Shown here: one piece after another, positions 47,995 through 57,946 of the stretch
How the letters are laid out: each line of letters begins with the position of its first letter
Position numbering within the stretch: position 1 is the stretch's first letter
DNA from: a virus
Lineage: Duplodnaviria; Caudoviricetes
Direction: 5' to 3' (one strand)
DNA: 64,000 nucleotides
IMG/VR virus record: IMGVR_UViG_3300047160_004532
Span: 3,416-67,415 of that record
Made by a program: the position numbers and the translations under genes
Notes under the pieces: model-generated
What the model saw: the letters and a program-made list of their open reading frames with translations, nothing else
Database searches by the model: none
What the model was told of the DNA's origin: nothing

Positions 47995-49001
47995 TCGCGC
48001 CTCCCGAAGACGGCGGCATCGAGGTCATCGACTACCAGGCGTTCCTTGAGGAACGCAAGACTGGCATCGGTGGTTCCGATTGCGCCTCCCTGTTCAACGT
48101 CGGCTACGGCTGCCGCCGGCGCCTCTGGTACGAGAAGAACGGCGCCACGCCGGATTTTCCGCGCGACGAGTCGGACGTCATGCAGATGGGCAAGATTCTT
48201 GAGCCGTGGATCATTCATCGCTACTCCTACCTGACCAAACGCGACGTGTGCAAGACGCCGCCGATGCAGCGCCACAGGCAGCATAAATTTCTGGTAGTTC
48301 ACGCCGACGCATTGGTCCGGGATAGATCCCGAGGGGTCAACGACGAGCGCGGCGTCCTGGAGTGCAAGGCTTTCGGGCGCGAGGTTTTCTACAAGGTCAA
48401 GAGGGCCGGCATGGTGGATGATTACATCCTCCAGCTTCAGCATGGGATGCTCGTGTTCGGCCTTAACTGGGGATCGTTCGCGACATGCTGCCGGGATAAC
48501 GGCGCGGAGCATCACTTTGACAGCGAGCGCGACAAGGACATTTGCGAAGCGATCGAGGCGAACGCTATCGAGTTCTGGGCGAAGTTGAAAGACCCGAACG
48601 GCCCGAAGGCGCTCGACCCCGACGACGACCGCTGCCAGAACTGCGAATATCGCCGGACGTGCCAGGGCGCGCGCTTTGCCGGCATCGTCAACACGAAGAA
48701 GTTGGAGAGCGACGAGTCGTTGCGGCCGCTATTGACCGAGTACCTCACGCGCAAAGGCTTGGAGTCTGAAGCCGAGGCATTAGTGAAAGAAACGAAGGCG
48801 GAATTGGAGGCCTCGATCGGCGAGCGGACGGCGGTATCGTGCGCCGGATACAACATCTATTTCGGCAAGCAGCAGCGGATGCTCTGGAAGACGGACGACA
48901 TGGCGGCGGAAATCTCGCGCCTGTCGGGCAAGTCTCCAGATGAAGTGACGAAGGAATATCAGCAGCCGGGGAAAGAGTTCCGGGCGCTCCGGGTGTACTA
49001 G
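47991..49001 (+). CDS. YqaJ/lambda-exonuclease-family nuclease
   Basis: RKTGIGGSD, GKILEP, HADAL, LECK, Y..QLQH. Confidence 0.92.
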   Translation: MIAPPEDGGIEVIDYQAFLEERKTGIGGSDCASLFNVGYGCRRRLWYEKNGATPDFPRDESDVMQMGKILEPWIIHRYSYLTKRDVCKTPPMQRHRQHKFLVVHADALVRDRSRGVNDERGVLECKAFGREVFYKVKRAGMVDDYILQLQHGMLVFGLNWGSFATCCRDNGAEHHFDSERDKDICEAIEANAIEFWAKLKDPNGPKALDPDDDRCQNCEYRRTCQGARFAGIVNTKKLESDESLRPLLTEYLTRKGLESEAEALVKETKAELEASIGERTAVSCAGYNIYFGKQQRMLWKTDDMAAEISRLSGKSPDEVTKEYQQPGKEFRALRVY

Positions 49002-49074
49002 GAGCTGCACGAAAAAGGAGACAGGATAAGTCCCTACCTCCATCACCAATAAAAAGGGAGGGCACATTTTTCTT

Positions 49075-50022
49075 ATGGCAACCAACACACAAGCACCACC
49101 GCCCGAACAGGCGCCGCTTCCCGAGGAGGAGCCGCGCCGAAGGGGCAGCAATAAAGATCTCCTCGACCTCATCGCCGACGACATGTCGCGGCAAGAGTTC
49201 GGCAAGCAGATTGTCGAGGCGGAGTTGGAGAAGGATCTCTTCGCCCAGGACCAGCGGCTCGCCCGGGTCTTCGCGGAGTCCGGCGCGTTCGATGACCTCG
49301 CCAAACTCCAGCCGCGCCAAGCGGTCGCGCTCGCAATGGCGAAGATCCAGATCGGGCGCAGCTGGGGGATCAACCCCGCTGACTCGATGCAGTTCATCTT
49401 CTTCCAGAACGGGCGCCCGTCAGTTCAGCAGGAATTGTACGCGGCGAGCATGAGAGATAAGGGCTGGGACTGGGATGTCCAGTGGTCCCGCGACGACAAG
49501 GGAAAATGCACGGGATGCACGCTCTGGCTGAAGAAGTGGGACGCCGAGAGCAAATCGTACAAGCCGGTCAAGGACCGCCAAGGCAAGGAAGTCTCCGAAT
49601 CCTTCACCAAGGACGACGCGGACACTGCGATGGTCCACGAGAAGGGCGGCATGATTAAGCTCTCCGACAAGTGGAACTTCAAGTCATGGGGGCGCGACAT
49701 GTACTTCTGGCGCGCTCTCTCTCGGCTGCGCCGGTTCCACGCAACGAACGTACTCCGCGGCGCCGCGTTACCGTTCGAGGCCGAGGAGTCCTTCACGGGC
49801 GAAGTTGACCAGACCGCGGTCGCCACCGTCGAGAAGACGGCGAAATTGGCCCAGCAAGTGAAGGAACAGACGAAGGCCGAGGAACCGAAGCAGACGAACG
49901 GGACCGTATCGACCGACGCACTGCGTGAGAAGATTGCGGCGGCTAAGACGACAACGGAAGCGGCCATGGCGAGTGTCGTAACCCCGAAGGCCGAGGAGAA
50001 GAAACCGGAGGATCTGTTCTGA
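49075..50022 (+). CDS. RecT-like single-strand annealing protein
   Basis: Follows YqaJ; IGRSWGINP..SMQ.I...NGRP and RDM..WRALSR..R motifs. Confidence 0.6.
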   Translation: MATNTQAPPPEQAPLPEEEPRRRGSNKDLLDLIADDMSRQEFGKQIVEAELEKDLFAQDQRLARVFAESGAFDDLAKLQPRQAVALAMAKIQIGRSWGINPADSMQFIFFQNGRPSVQQELYAASMRDKGWDWDVQWSRDDKGKCTGCTLWLKKWDAESKSYKPVKDRQGKEVSESFTKDDADTAMVHEKGGMIKLSDKWNFKSWGRDMYFWRALSRLRRFHATNVLRGAALPFEAEESFTGEVDQTAVATVEKTAKLAQQVKEQTKAEEPKQTNGTVSTDALREKIAAAKTTTEAAMASVVTPKAEEKKPEDLF

Positions 50023-50231
50023 TGGTTGTATCGAGGTCGACAAAGCTGGCATTCATAGGGTGCTTGGTGCTTAGCCCCATACCTCTCGCGTTCGTTGGTA
50101 AGTTGCTCTATAAAGTAGCCCTGCGAATGACTGGCGAGGATGTGGTTGCCTTTATCGCAACGATATACCAGTTGGCCTTTCTGTACATGGCGGCGATATA
50201 CTTCGTCGGCACTATGGAGGTGCGCAAGTAA
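50022..50231 (+). CDS. Small two-helix membrane protein
   Basis: Two hydrophobic segments; TGATG and TAATG coupling. Confidence 0.55.
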   Translation: MVVSRSTKLAFIGCLVLSPIPLAFVGKLLYKVALRMTGEDVVAFIATIYQLAFLYMAAIYFVGTMEVRK

Positions 50232-51544
50232 TGCTGATGACCAACATCAAAATCAAGGGCTGTGCGGCGTTCGCGCAGGAGGTGAACTTCCCGCTGAGCG
50301 CAATCGTGGCGATCCAGGGCAAGAACCGTCAGGGCAAGTCCGCGCTCATCGCTTGCCTGACGTATCCCTTCCGCCAGGGGCACGACCCCGACATGGTCAA
50401 CGGCGAATCCGGCGAAATCGTCGTGACGTTCGACGACGGCTCGATGGTTCGCGCGACGGTGACGAAGGAGAAAACGGAGCGCATGGTGAAACCTGCAGGT
50501 TCCGTGCGATGGGACCGCAGCCGGAAGTACATCGACGATATCTCGAACGCGGTTAGCTTCGACCCCGTGGGGTTCCTTAAACTCGAGGAGAAGAAGCAGG
50601 TCGAGACGCTCTTGAAGGTTATGCCGCTGGACATGAAGGTCGAGGAGATGAAGGCGGCGATCGCTGGCTTCGAGGCCTTAGCTAATGGCGCGTGCGCCAA
50701 GTATCCGAACGCTTCGGCGCTCGAAACCATCAACTCGGTTCGCAGGGCAATCTACGACGAGCGCACGGCGACCAACGCCGCCGCTGACACCCATACGAAG
50801 TATGCCGACGAGATGGAGCGATCCCTCAAGGCGATGGATCTGATGGGCGATGCCAACTGGGAGGGCGAAGTCGAACGGCTTCGGGAAGCCGAGCGACAGC
50901 GCGCGGCGATCGAAATGCGCGAGCAGGAGGAACTCCGAATGGAGTTCGTCGAATACAGGGCCAAGGTCCAAGCTGACGTCGACAAACTTATCGAAGCAAA
51001 ACGTGCAGAATGCGCCCAACGCAAGAACGAGATTACGGCTGCCCATTCGGGCAAGCGCACCGAGCTTGCAGCCGACCTCGCTACGGCTAACGCACGACTT
51101 GAAACGAAGCTCCAATCCCGCGGCCAGGAGGAGGCGATCAGGAAGGCTCGCGCAGCGGCTGCGGAGTCCGCCAAACAATCGGAAGCTATGACGGCGGCTA
51201 TCGGTCGCCTCGATGAACTCAAGCGCGCCGTGGCTTCCCGGCTGCCCATCCAGGGCATCGAGATCCAGGATGGCCGTATCCTCCGCAAGGAGGGCGAGCG
51301 CCTCGTGCCCTTCGTGAAGTGGAGCTTCTCGGACCAGGTGCTCTTCTGTCTGCGGATCGCGGTCTTGGCGCACGGGAAGGCTGGATTCATCTGTCTCGAT
51401 GACGCCGAGCATCTCGACAAAGAGCGCCGCGTTATGCTGGCGCGGACCGCGCGTAAGTACGCGGAGGAACAGGGGTTGCAGTTCATTATTGCTACGGTGG
51501 ATGATGGGCCGCTGGCGGTCACGGATGGGTCGGAGGGAATATGA
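50231..51544 (+). CDS. SMC/SbcC-like ABC-type ATPase
   Basis: Walker A QGKNRQGKS, central coiled coil, SFSDQ signature-like, ICLDDAEHLD. Confidence 0.85.
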   Translation: MLMTNIKIKGCAAFAQEVNFPLSAIVAIQGKNRQGKSALIACLTYPFRQGHDPDMVNGESGEIVVTFDDGSMVRATVTKEKTERMVKPAGSVRWDRSRKYIDDISNAVSFDPVGFLKLEEKKQVETLLKVMPLDMKVEEMKAAIAGFEALANGACAKYPNASALETINSVRRAIYDERTATNAAADTHTKYADEMERSLKAMDLMGDANWEGEVERLREAERQRAAIEMREQEELRMEFVEYRAKVQADVDKLIEAKRAECAQRKNEITAAHSGKRTELAADLATANARLETKLQSRGQEEAIRKARAAAAESAKQSEAMTAAIGRLDELKRAVASRLPIQGIEIQDGRILRKEGERLVPFVKWSFSDQVLFCLRIAVLAHGKAGFICLDDAEHLDKERRVMLARTARKYAEEQGLQFIIATVDDGPLAVTDGSEGI

Positions 51545-51720
51545 GCGAACCGACCCTTACCGATAGGCAGCAGACCGTGGCCTTAATGGCGGCCATCTTA
51601 CGGGCGGGACACTTCTCTTGCGACGGCGGATGCGAGAAGGCCGAGTGGTATGTCGCCGCTGCAATGGACCTTCTAGACCGCGTTTGCGAAGCCGTACCGA
51701 TCAGTTCAGCAAAGGAGTGA
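51541..51720 (+). CDS. 59-aa hypothetical protein (not in ORF track)
   Basis: MSEPTLTDRQQTVALMAAILRAG; ATGA overlap. Confidence 0.5.
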   Translation: MSEPTLTDRQQTVALMAAILRAGHFSCDGGCEKAEWYVAAAMDLLDRVCEAVPISSAKE

Positions 51721-51727
51721 TAAAAAA

Positions 51728-52825
51728 GTGAACCCCAGACTCGATCATTTCCCGCCCGGGTCCGAAAATTTCATTGACCACCCGAGTCATGCGAAACCCG
51801 GTATCCACGTATATCCGGACCGGCTCTACGTCCTGACGATGCTCGAGAATCCTATCCGCTGGCGGTCCCGCTACCAGAACTTCTCCCAGTTCCAGCGCAT
51901 GGTAGATGAGTCCGGCGCCATCCTGTACGTAGCGGAAGTGGCATTTGAGAACCGGGCGTTCGAGATCACCGATGCCGGCAATCCGAGACACCTTCAGCTT
52001 CGCGCGGAGTCCGAGGTATGGAGGAAGGAGAATACCCTAAACCTCCTGGCGGCGAGACTTCCTCCGGATTGCCAAAAGCTCGCCACGCTTGACGCCGATG
52101 TAGAGTTCGCTCGCCGCGACTGGGCGCAGGAGATCCTGCATCAACTCGCCCACTACGATGTGATTCAGCCCTTCTCTCACGCCATCAACTTGGACTCCAA
52201 TGCGGCTCCGCAGGACGACGTGCCGCCAACGAGCTTCATGTTCCGCTGGTGCGAGAACGGGATCGCACCACACTCCCCCGACTTCATGGAAGACCGGCCA
52301 GTTATCTGGACTACCAAGGGGGTAAAGCGAGATCACGAGGCTCCCACAAAGAACGGTTATCCCGGGGTAGAGGGAATCCAGAAGTGGCATCCAGGTCTTG
52401 CGTGGGCATTCCGCAAGTCGGCATGGGATGCGCTTGGCGGTATGCCGGACTGGCTCATCACTGGGTCTGGAGACTGGTTTCTTGCCAACGCTTTGATAGG
52501 CCATCTCATGGCGGCCTTGGATCAGAGGCATACTGATTCCTACAAGCGGTGGTGTCAGATCCTTCAGGATCGTTGCGTACCGATCCGAGACAACCCGGAA
52601 GGTGGACTCGGATACATGCCTGGTCTCATCCTCCACCGTTACCATGGGACGCACAGGAACCGTATGTACGAGAAGCGGCATGAGTTTGTTATCAACTGCG
52701 GATTCGATCCGGAGTTGGACCTCAAGCGGGACTGGCAGGGACTCTGGCAGTTGACCGGGAGGAACCCTCGATTGAGAGACGGACTCCGCGTTTACAATCG
52801 GTCTCGCAATGAAGACGGTGAGTAA
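51728..52825 (+). CDS. GT-A-fold glycosyltransferase-like protein
   Basis: KENTLN...LDADVEF DxD; AWAFRKSAWDALGG; GSGD; HRYHG. Confidence 0.7.
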   Translation: MNPRLDHFPPGSENFIDHPSHAKPGIHVYPDRLYVLTMLENPIRWRSRYQNFSQFQRMVDESGAILYVAEVAFENRAFEITDAGNPRHLQLRAESEVWRKENTLNLLAARLPPDCQKLATLDADVEFARRDWAQEILHQLAHYDVIQPFSHAINLDSNAAPQDDVPPTSFMFRWCENGIAPHSPDFMEDRPVIWTTKGVKRDHEAPTKNGYPGVEGIQKWHPGLAWAFRKSAWDALGGMPDWLITGSGDWFLANALIGHLMAALDQRHTDSYKRWCQILQDRCVPIRDNPEGGLGYMPGLILHRYHGTHRNRMYEKRHEFVINCGFDPELDLKRDWQGLWQLTGRNPRLRDGLRVYNRSRNEDGE

Positions 52826-52842
52826 AAGAAAGGAAAAGAGAA

Positions 52843-53640
52843 TTGCCTACATTCTTCAATAACCTAAGCCAAATGAAGCTCGGAAAGCTTCCGCCGAGAG
52901 TTGACCCTCGGACGTTCCAGCTTTCCAAATACATCAAGGCCTTGCCGCCTCCGCCGGACAACTGCGGGTACGTCGACAAGATCCATAACTGGCAGATGCT
53001 CGGCAACGACGTCTACGGGGACTGCGTGGAAGCGGCCGCCGGCCATTGCGAAATGCAGTGGACCGCGTACTCCGGAATCCCGTTCACCCCGACAACGCAG
53101 CACATCCTCGATGACTACTCGGCCATCACGGGATTCAACCAGAACGATCCGTCGACCGATAACGGGACCGTGCCGCTCGACATGCTGAAGTACTGGCGGA
53201 ACACCGGGATCGCCAGCCGCAAGATTGCCTCATTCATGGCGGTCGACTGGAAGAACCATTCGGAGGTCAAGCAGGCCATCGAATTGTTTGGCAATATCTT
53301 GGTCGGCATCAGGCTTCCATTCACCGCCCAGACTCCCGTGAACGGAGATAACGGCCTGCCTTGCTGGTCCTTGCAGGACATGCAGTCACCGAATTCCCTG
53401 CCAGGAAGTTGGGGCGGACACATGATCCCGATCGTCGGCTACGGTATCGACGCGAAGGGGAACAAGGGGATGATGGGCGTTACGTGGGGAGGTACGATTG
53501 ATGTCACGTGGGGATTCGGGGACACCTATTACGAAGAAGCTTGGGTGGTTCTCTCGCAGGACTGGATTGATTCGCGGACTGGCCTTGCTCCTTCCGGCTT
53601 CGATCTCGACGCTCTTAAGTCAGACATCGCCCTCCTCTGA
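52843..53640 (+). CDS. Papain-like cysteine peptidase
   Basis: MLGND.YGDCV, DNG, WGGH..PIVGY, VTWG. Confidence 0.7.
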   Translation: MPTFFNNLSQMKLGKLPPRVDPRTFQLSKYIKALPPPPDNCGYVDKIHNWQMLGNDVYGDCVEAAAGHCEMQWTAYSGIPFTPTTQHILDDYSAITGFNQNDPSTDNGTVPLDMLKYWRNTGIASRKIASFMAVDWKNHSEVKQAIELFGNILVGIRLPFTAQTPVNGDNGLPCWSLQDMQSPNSLPGSWGGHMIPIVGYGIDAKGNKGMMGVTWGGTIDVTWGFGDTYYEEAWVVLSQDWIDSRTGLAPSGFDLDALKSDIALL

Positions 53641-53647
53641 AGACGGC

Positions 53648-53869
53648 ATGGAATCGGACTACATCTCGATCATCCTAACGGAGTACTTCAAGGAAAAGGG
53701 GTATTCCTCCTTTGAGTAGGTTCCCGATGGACAGTTCGTCGTCCCGATCGACAAGTATGCCTACTACGTTGTGGCCGTCAAGCAGGGAGCGGATCAGTCC
53801 TCACCGGAAAATTGCTCGATCCTGGTGTACCGTTGCGATGTCCTATACTTCGGGGGGTTCTCATTCTGA
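53648..53869 (+). pseudogene. Small ORF interrupted by in-frame TAG
   Basis: MESDY...YSSFE*VPDGQFVVPIDKYAYYVVAV...; TAG at 53717. Confidence 0.45.
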
Positions 53870-53892
53870 TGAAATGATGAAAGGGCGAGCGA

Positions 53893-54252
53893 ATGCCTAA
53901 AAGAATGACGTATGAGTGCGACGTCTGCGGACGGACGAAGCGCGAGGCCAACCACTGGTGGACGATCCGGGAGACGCCGATTGACAAGGGTTTCCATCTG
54001 AAGGCGTTCGACCCGAGCGAGGAGATCTTCGTCTGCGGGGGTGCCTGCCTCCATAGGAAGATCACCGAGTACACGACACGAGTACTGGAGCGGGAGCGTG
54101 AAGCCGAACAGTACGCGATACGAGTACTGGAGCGGGAGCGTGAAGCCGAACTGAAGGCGTTAGTCGAGGCAATTCCGCCCGAGGATATGCACCCGCCCGA
54201 GCCGCCCGAGGATAACGCCGAAGAGATCCCCCCGGAGGACTTACCGTTTTGA
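53893..54252 (+). CDS. Zinc-binding hypothetical protein with 14-aa duplication
   Basis: CDVCG...CGGAC; RVLEREREAE twice. Confidence 0.7.
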   Translation: MPKRMTYECDVCGRTKREANHWWTIRETPIDKGFHLKAFDPSEEIFVCGGACLHRKITEYTTRVLEREREAEQYAIRVLEREREAELKALVEAIPPEDMHPPEPPEDNAEEIPPEDLPF

Positions 54253-54518
54253 GACTCACCGCAGGGCAGGCTTGCTACCAACCGAAGCAGCGGTTTAACC
54301 GGCTCAGCGCCGTCCTGATAATGTGCGGTCCGCGACCCTGCGACTTCAACCTGATCCAGATATCCCCTTCCGAGATGGAGGGGCGGCGCAAAACCGAGGT
54401 CCACGGCCTGCCGATCTACTTCTCCGTTGAGATAGTCTGGGGTAAGGTCTGGTTCTATCCGACGCCTGATAAGAACTACTCCGCCCGTCTTCGTTGCCTG
54501 CGAGAATTCGAGCAATGA
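54249..54518 (+). CDS. Small protein resembling the beta domain of head-tail adaptors
   Basis: GLPIYF......VWFYPTPDKNY; coupled at both ends. Confidence 0.5.
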   Translation: MRLTAGQACYQPKQRFNRLSAVLIMCGPRPCDFNLIQISPSEMEGRRKTEVHGLPIYFSVEIVWGKVWFYPTPDKNYSARLRCLREFEQ

Positions 54519-55945
54519 GCGAACTCCGCGACTACCAGCTCCAGGACATGGAGGAGATCCGCGCACTCTACCGCGAGGGCCACAGCCGGGTCCTCCTGGT
54601 GGCGCCGACAGGATCCGGGAAGGGCACGATTGCTGCGTATATCGTCCGTAGTTCGTCCTCCAAGGGGAAGCGCATTCAGTTCTGGGTCAACCGTCGTACG
54701 CTCGTCCACGACATGAGTGGGCGCCTGAATCGGCTTGGCGTCGATCACGGCGTAATCATGGCGGGGAGCAAGCGGAAGAAGCCGTGGGAGCCGGTGCAGA
54801 TAGCGTCGATCGACACTCTGCGGAACTACGACAAGTTGCCCGAGGCTCACCTGGTCATAGTGGACGAGGCTCACTTTGCCGTGTCGCGGGGCTGGAAAGA
54901 TATGTTCGCCCGCTACCCTGACGCGAAGTTTCTGTTCCTCACCGCAACGCCGGTCCGGTTATCCGGCGAGGGCATGTGCGAGATCGCCGACGTGATGGTG
55001 ATGGGCCCGTCCGTCCAGATGCTCATCGATCGCGGTTACCTGGTCCCCGCTCGAGTATTCGCGCCCAGCAAGCCCGACCTCCAAGGCATTCGCTCTGCGC
55101 ATGGCGATTACAACCAGAAGCAGCTCAGCGAACGCTGCGACAACGTCACGCTGGTGGGCGACATTGTGGACACCTGGAAGCGCTTGGCGTCCGACCGGAA
55201 GTCCGTGGCCTTCGCTGTCGATAAGCGCCATGCCGAGCACATCGCCGAGTCGTTCAGGTGTGCGGGCATTACGGCGACCACGGTTACCGACGAGACCTCC
55301 GACGACGAACGCGAGAAGATTTGGGAGGACTTCGACAACGGCGCTCTGCGCGTCGTGCCGAGCGTTGGAGTCATCTCGTACGGCTGGGATCATCCGATCT
55401 GTTCCTGCACCATCCTCGCGCGCCCTACGCAATCCGTCGCGCTCTACCTGCAGCAGGTCGGTCGCGGCTGCCGACCGGCGCCGGGCAAAACTGACCTGCT
55501 CGTCCTCGACCACGCCGGCAACACACAGACACACGGGTTCTACCACGACGAGCGTGAGTGGAGCTTGCAGGGCGGCTGTATTAATAAGCGCGCGAACAAG
55601 GACGGCGCACCGGCGGTCACCTACTGCCGCGCGTGCCTTCTGACGTTCCTCCCAGGCCCCGACAAGTGCCCAGCGTGCGGCGCGATCATTGTGAAGAAGG
55701 GCAGGGAGATCGAGGTAGTTGAAGCCGAGCTTGAAGAGCTTCGCCGGCGGGATACAAAGCTCAAGACTGCCGAGGAGTGGCGCCGGACGACCACGATCCC
55801 GCAACGGATGGAGATGTTCGACGGCTGGCAGCGGACGGCGAAGGAGCGCGGCTACTCGCCCAGGTGGGCAGTGACCAAATACGCTGTTATCTTTGGGCGG
55901 AAATACGAGATTGAACGAGCGGAACTACACGAGAGGACGGCGTAG
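54515..55945 (+). CDS. SF2 DEAH helicase with C-terminal zinc ribbon
   Basis: APTGSGKG, DEAH, LTATP, GWD, QQVGRG.R, CRAC...CPACG. Confidence 0.95.
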   Translation: MSELRDYQLQDMEEIRALYREGHSRVLLVAPTGSGKGTIAAYIVRSSSSKGKRIQFWVNRRTLVHDMSGRLNRLGVDHGVIMAGSKRKKPWEPVQIASIDTLRNYDKLPEAHLVIVDEAHFAVSRGWKDMFARYPDAKFLFLTATPVRLSGEGMCEIADVMVMGPSVQMLIDRGYLVPARVFAPSKPDLQGIRSAHGDYNQKQLSERCDNVTLVGDIVDTWKRLASDRKSVAFAVDKRHAEHIAESFRCAGITATTVTDETSDDEREKIWEDFDNGALRVVPSVGVISYGWDHPICSCTILARPTQSVALYLQQVGRGCRPAPGKTDLLVLDHAGNTQTHGFYHDEREWSLQGGCINKRANKDGAPAVTYCRACLLTFLPGPDKCPACGAIIVKKGREIEVVEAELEELRRRDTKLKTAEEWRRTTTIPQRMEMFDGWQRTAKERGYSPRWAVTKYAVIFGRKYEIERAELHERTA

Positions 55946-55946
55946 T

Positions 55947-56567
55947 GTGGAGAAACCCATCATCTTCAGCGGTGAGACGGTCCGCGCGATCTTGGATGGA
56001 CGCAAGACGCAGACGCGGCGAATATTCGGGTATAAGGTTTCCGGTCCGAATCCCCCCAACTTCAGCACCTTCGACGTATATTCGGGCGCCCAATGGGTTG
56101 GTGCCTTTGGGCGGGATGGCAAAGGGAACGCTACGCGGCTTGTTCGCTACCAGCCAGGAGACGTTCTCTGTGTCCGAGAGAACTGGTGGGAAATTCCGGA
56201 ACCGACGGCGCGCCAGCTCCGCGATGGTGCCGACACGTGGCCGAACATTGCCTACGACGCCGACGAGAACGATATTACGCGGGAACAGAATCGGGCGTCG
56301 GGGTGGAAGCTCAGGCCCTCGATTCATCTTCCGCGCAAGCACGCGAGGATATTCCTGTCCGTTCGCGATCTGAAGATTGAACGGTTACAGTCGATTAGTG
56401 ATCGGGATGCCGTAGCCGAGGGCGTCCGCCTGCCTACGGACGCGGTTGCCGGGGTGACGGCTGCTGCCTACTTCTCAGTGCTGTGGCAATCGATCAACAA
56501 ACAGATTGGCCGCAGATGGTGCGATAACCCGTGGGTGGTTGCGACGACGTTCCGGAGGCTCTTGTGA
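55947..56567 (+). CDS. ASCH-like phage protein
   Basis: KPIIFSGETVRAILDGRKTQTRR...GD.L.VRE...PSIH.P...ERLQ.I...AEG...NPWV. Confidence 0.85.
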   Translation: MEKPIIFSGETVRAILDGRKTQTRRIFGYKVSGPNPPNFSTFDVYSGAQWVGAFGRDGKGNATRLVRYQPGDVLCVRENWWEIPEPTARQLRDGADTWPNIAYDADENDITREQNRASGWKLRPSIHLPRKHARIFLSVRDLKIERLQSISDRDAVAEGVRLPTDAVAGVTAAAYFSVLWQSINKQIGRRWCDNPWVVATTFRRLL

Positions 56568-56959
56568 CCTCCAACGAGCTCACGAACACCCTCCTACTGG
56601 AGATCCCGAAGCGCTTCCCGCAATGTCGCGTCTGGCGCGCTAATTCCGCGACGGCCTTCCCGCTGGACCGGGCCAAGGCGGCATTGCGCTACCTCCTGCA
56701 GAACAATATCAAGGCCGCAATTGAGTGCTTGCGGTCACGACCGATCCGGTTTGGAGTGCCTGGTCAGGCGGACATCTCGGGTGTCGCCGGACCCGCCGGG
56801 CGCCGGCTGGAGATCGAAGTTAAGGTAGGGACTGACAAGCTGCGGCCGGAACAGGTAGCATTCAGGAAGATGTGTTTGGACCGGGGCGCCGTCTATATCG
56901 AAGCGCGGGACGTGGAAACGGCACTCAAGGAACTGGAGGTCGAACTTGGGACTCTATAA
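56564..56959 (+). CDS. VRR-NUC-type nuclease
   Basis: GVPGQADI...IEVK...LRPEQ..F. Confidence 0.85.
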   Translation: MTSNELTNTLLLEIPKRFPQCRVWRANSATAFPLDRAKAALRYLLQNNIKAAIECLRSRPIRFGVPGQADISGVAGPAGRRLEIEVKVGTDKLRPEQVAFRKMCLDRGAVYIEARDVETALKELEVELGTL

Positions 56960-57515
56960 ATGCACGCTTTACGAAAAGGGCGAACCCGTCGTCATCGAAG
57001 GCCGGATCGTCTCGCAAGAGGTGGTAGCAGCAACGGGCGGAAAGGCCTGGTACTCCTGGTTCCTTGATCTCCACGACGCTGCCGATCACATAAAAATAAC
57101 CGACATTCGCGTTAAATCGTTGAATCGTCGCCATGCTCGCCCGATGGCGTGCGGATGGGAGGAGCGCATGGACCGAGCCAATAAGATCATTCGCGTTATC
57201 GGGTCGCATGGCCGTAGGTTCCTGTCCTCAAACTCCGACTGCCGTGAGCCGAAGGAAGATCCGACCTTCTCTCGATTTGAGGTCGACTCCAAGGGCGAAC
57301 TCTGGTACGTCCAGTGGTACGGGGCAAAGCGCATCCTCGTGCGACATCGGGAATGGCCGGGCTTCTGTGACGGAGGAACACTGCGCGGGGTAATCGAGCA
57401 TCTCCGCAATCACATTCTCCTCGGAAACCCTGTGCGTATTCATTTCGCCGAGTACTGGGGCTACGAGCAAGACATGGCACTCGTCGCAAGGGAGGTAGGT
57501 GAATTGTGCAGGTGA
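56946..57515 (+). CDS. Hypothetical protein
   Basis: Overlapping ORF in operon; FCDGGTLRG. Confidence 0.65.
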   Translation: MGLYKCTLYEKGEPVVIEGRIVSQEVVAATGGKAWYSWFLDLHDAADHIKITDIRVKSLNRRHARPMACGWEERMDRANKIIRVIGSHGRRFLSSNSDCREPKEDPTFSRFEVDSKGELWYVQWYGAKRILVRHREWPGFCDGGTLRGVIEHLRNHILLGNPVRIHFAEYWGYEQDMALVAREVGELCR

Positions 57516-57946
57516 CCCAAGAACAGATTGACGACGTCGAGGCAAAATGTCGCGTTGACGAGGACGTCATTCGCGGGATTATGGCACGCGTTCCACCATC
57601 ATGGGATCTCATCCAGCACCTTCCCGCAGGCGGAGCGTTCCGGCGCGGGAATCTGCAGGTCTTGTTCACCGTCCAGAAGTACGAGAACTGCTTCACCCAC
57701 GCGTGGGAGACGTGGGTCCACGCCTCGGTATGTGGCCGTCGAGGTGAGCATCGCTGGTACCTGCCAGACTGGGAAGAGGTCAAGCGGGTCAAGCACGACT
57801 TTATTGGTGAGGATCGGTGGGCTTACCAGGTGTTCCCGTCCTCAAAGGACTACGTCAACCAGCACGCGTACGTTCTGCACCTGTACGCGCTCCTCGACGG
57901 CGAGCCCGCGTTGCCGGACTTCACATGGGGGCTGGGGACGATTTGA
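57506..57946 (+). CDS. Conserved phage protein (DUF7694-like)
   Basis: PDWEEVKRVKHDFIG...AYQVFP...YVNQH..VLHL. Confidence 0.7.
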   Translation: MQVTQEQIDDVEAKCRVDEDVIRGIMARVPPSWDLIQHLPAGGAFRRGNLQVLFTVQKYENCFTHAWETWVHASVCGRRGEHRWYLPDWEEVKRVKHDFIGEDRWAYQVFPSSKDYVNQHAYVLHLYALLDGEPALPDFTWGLGTI

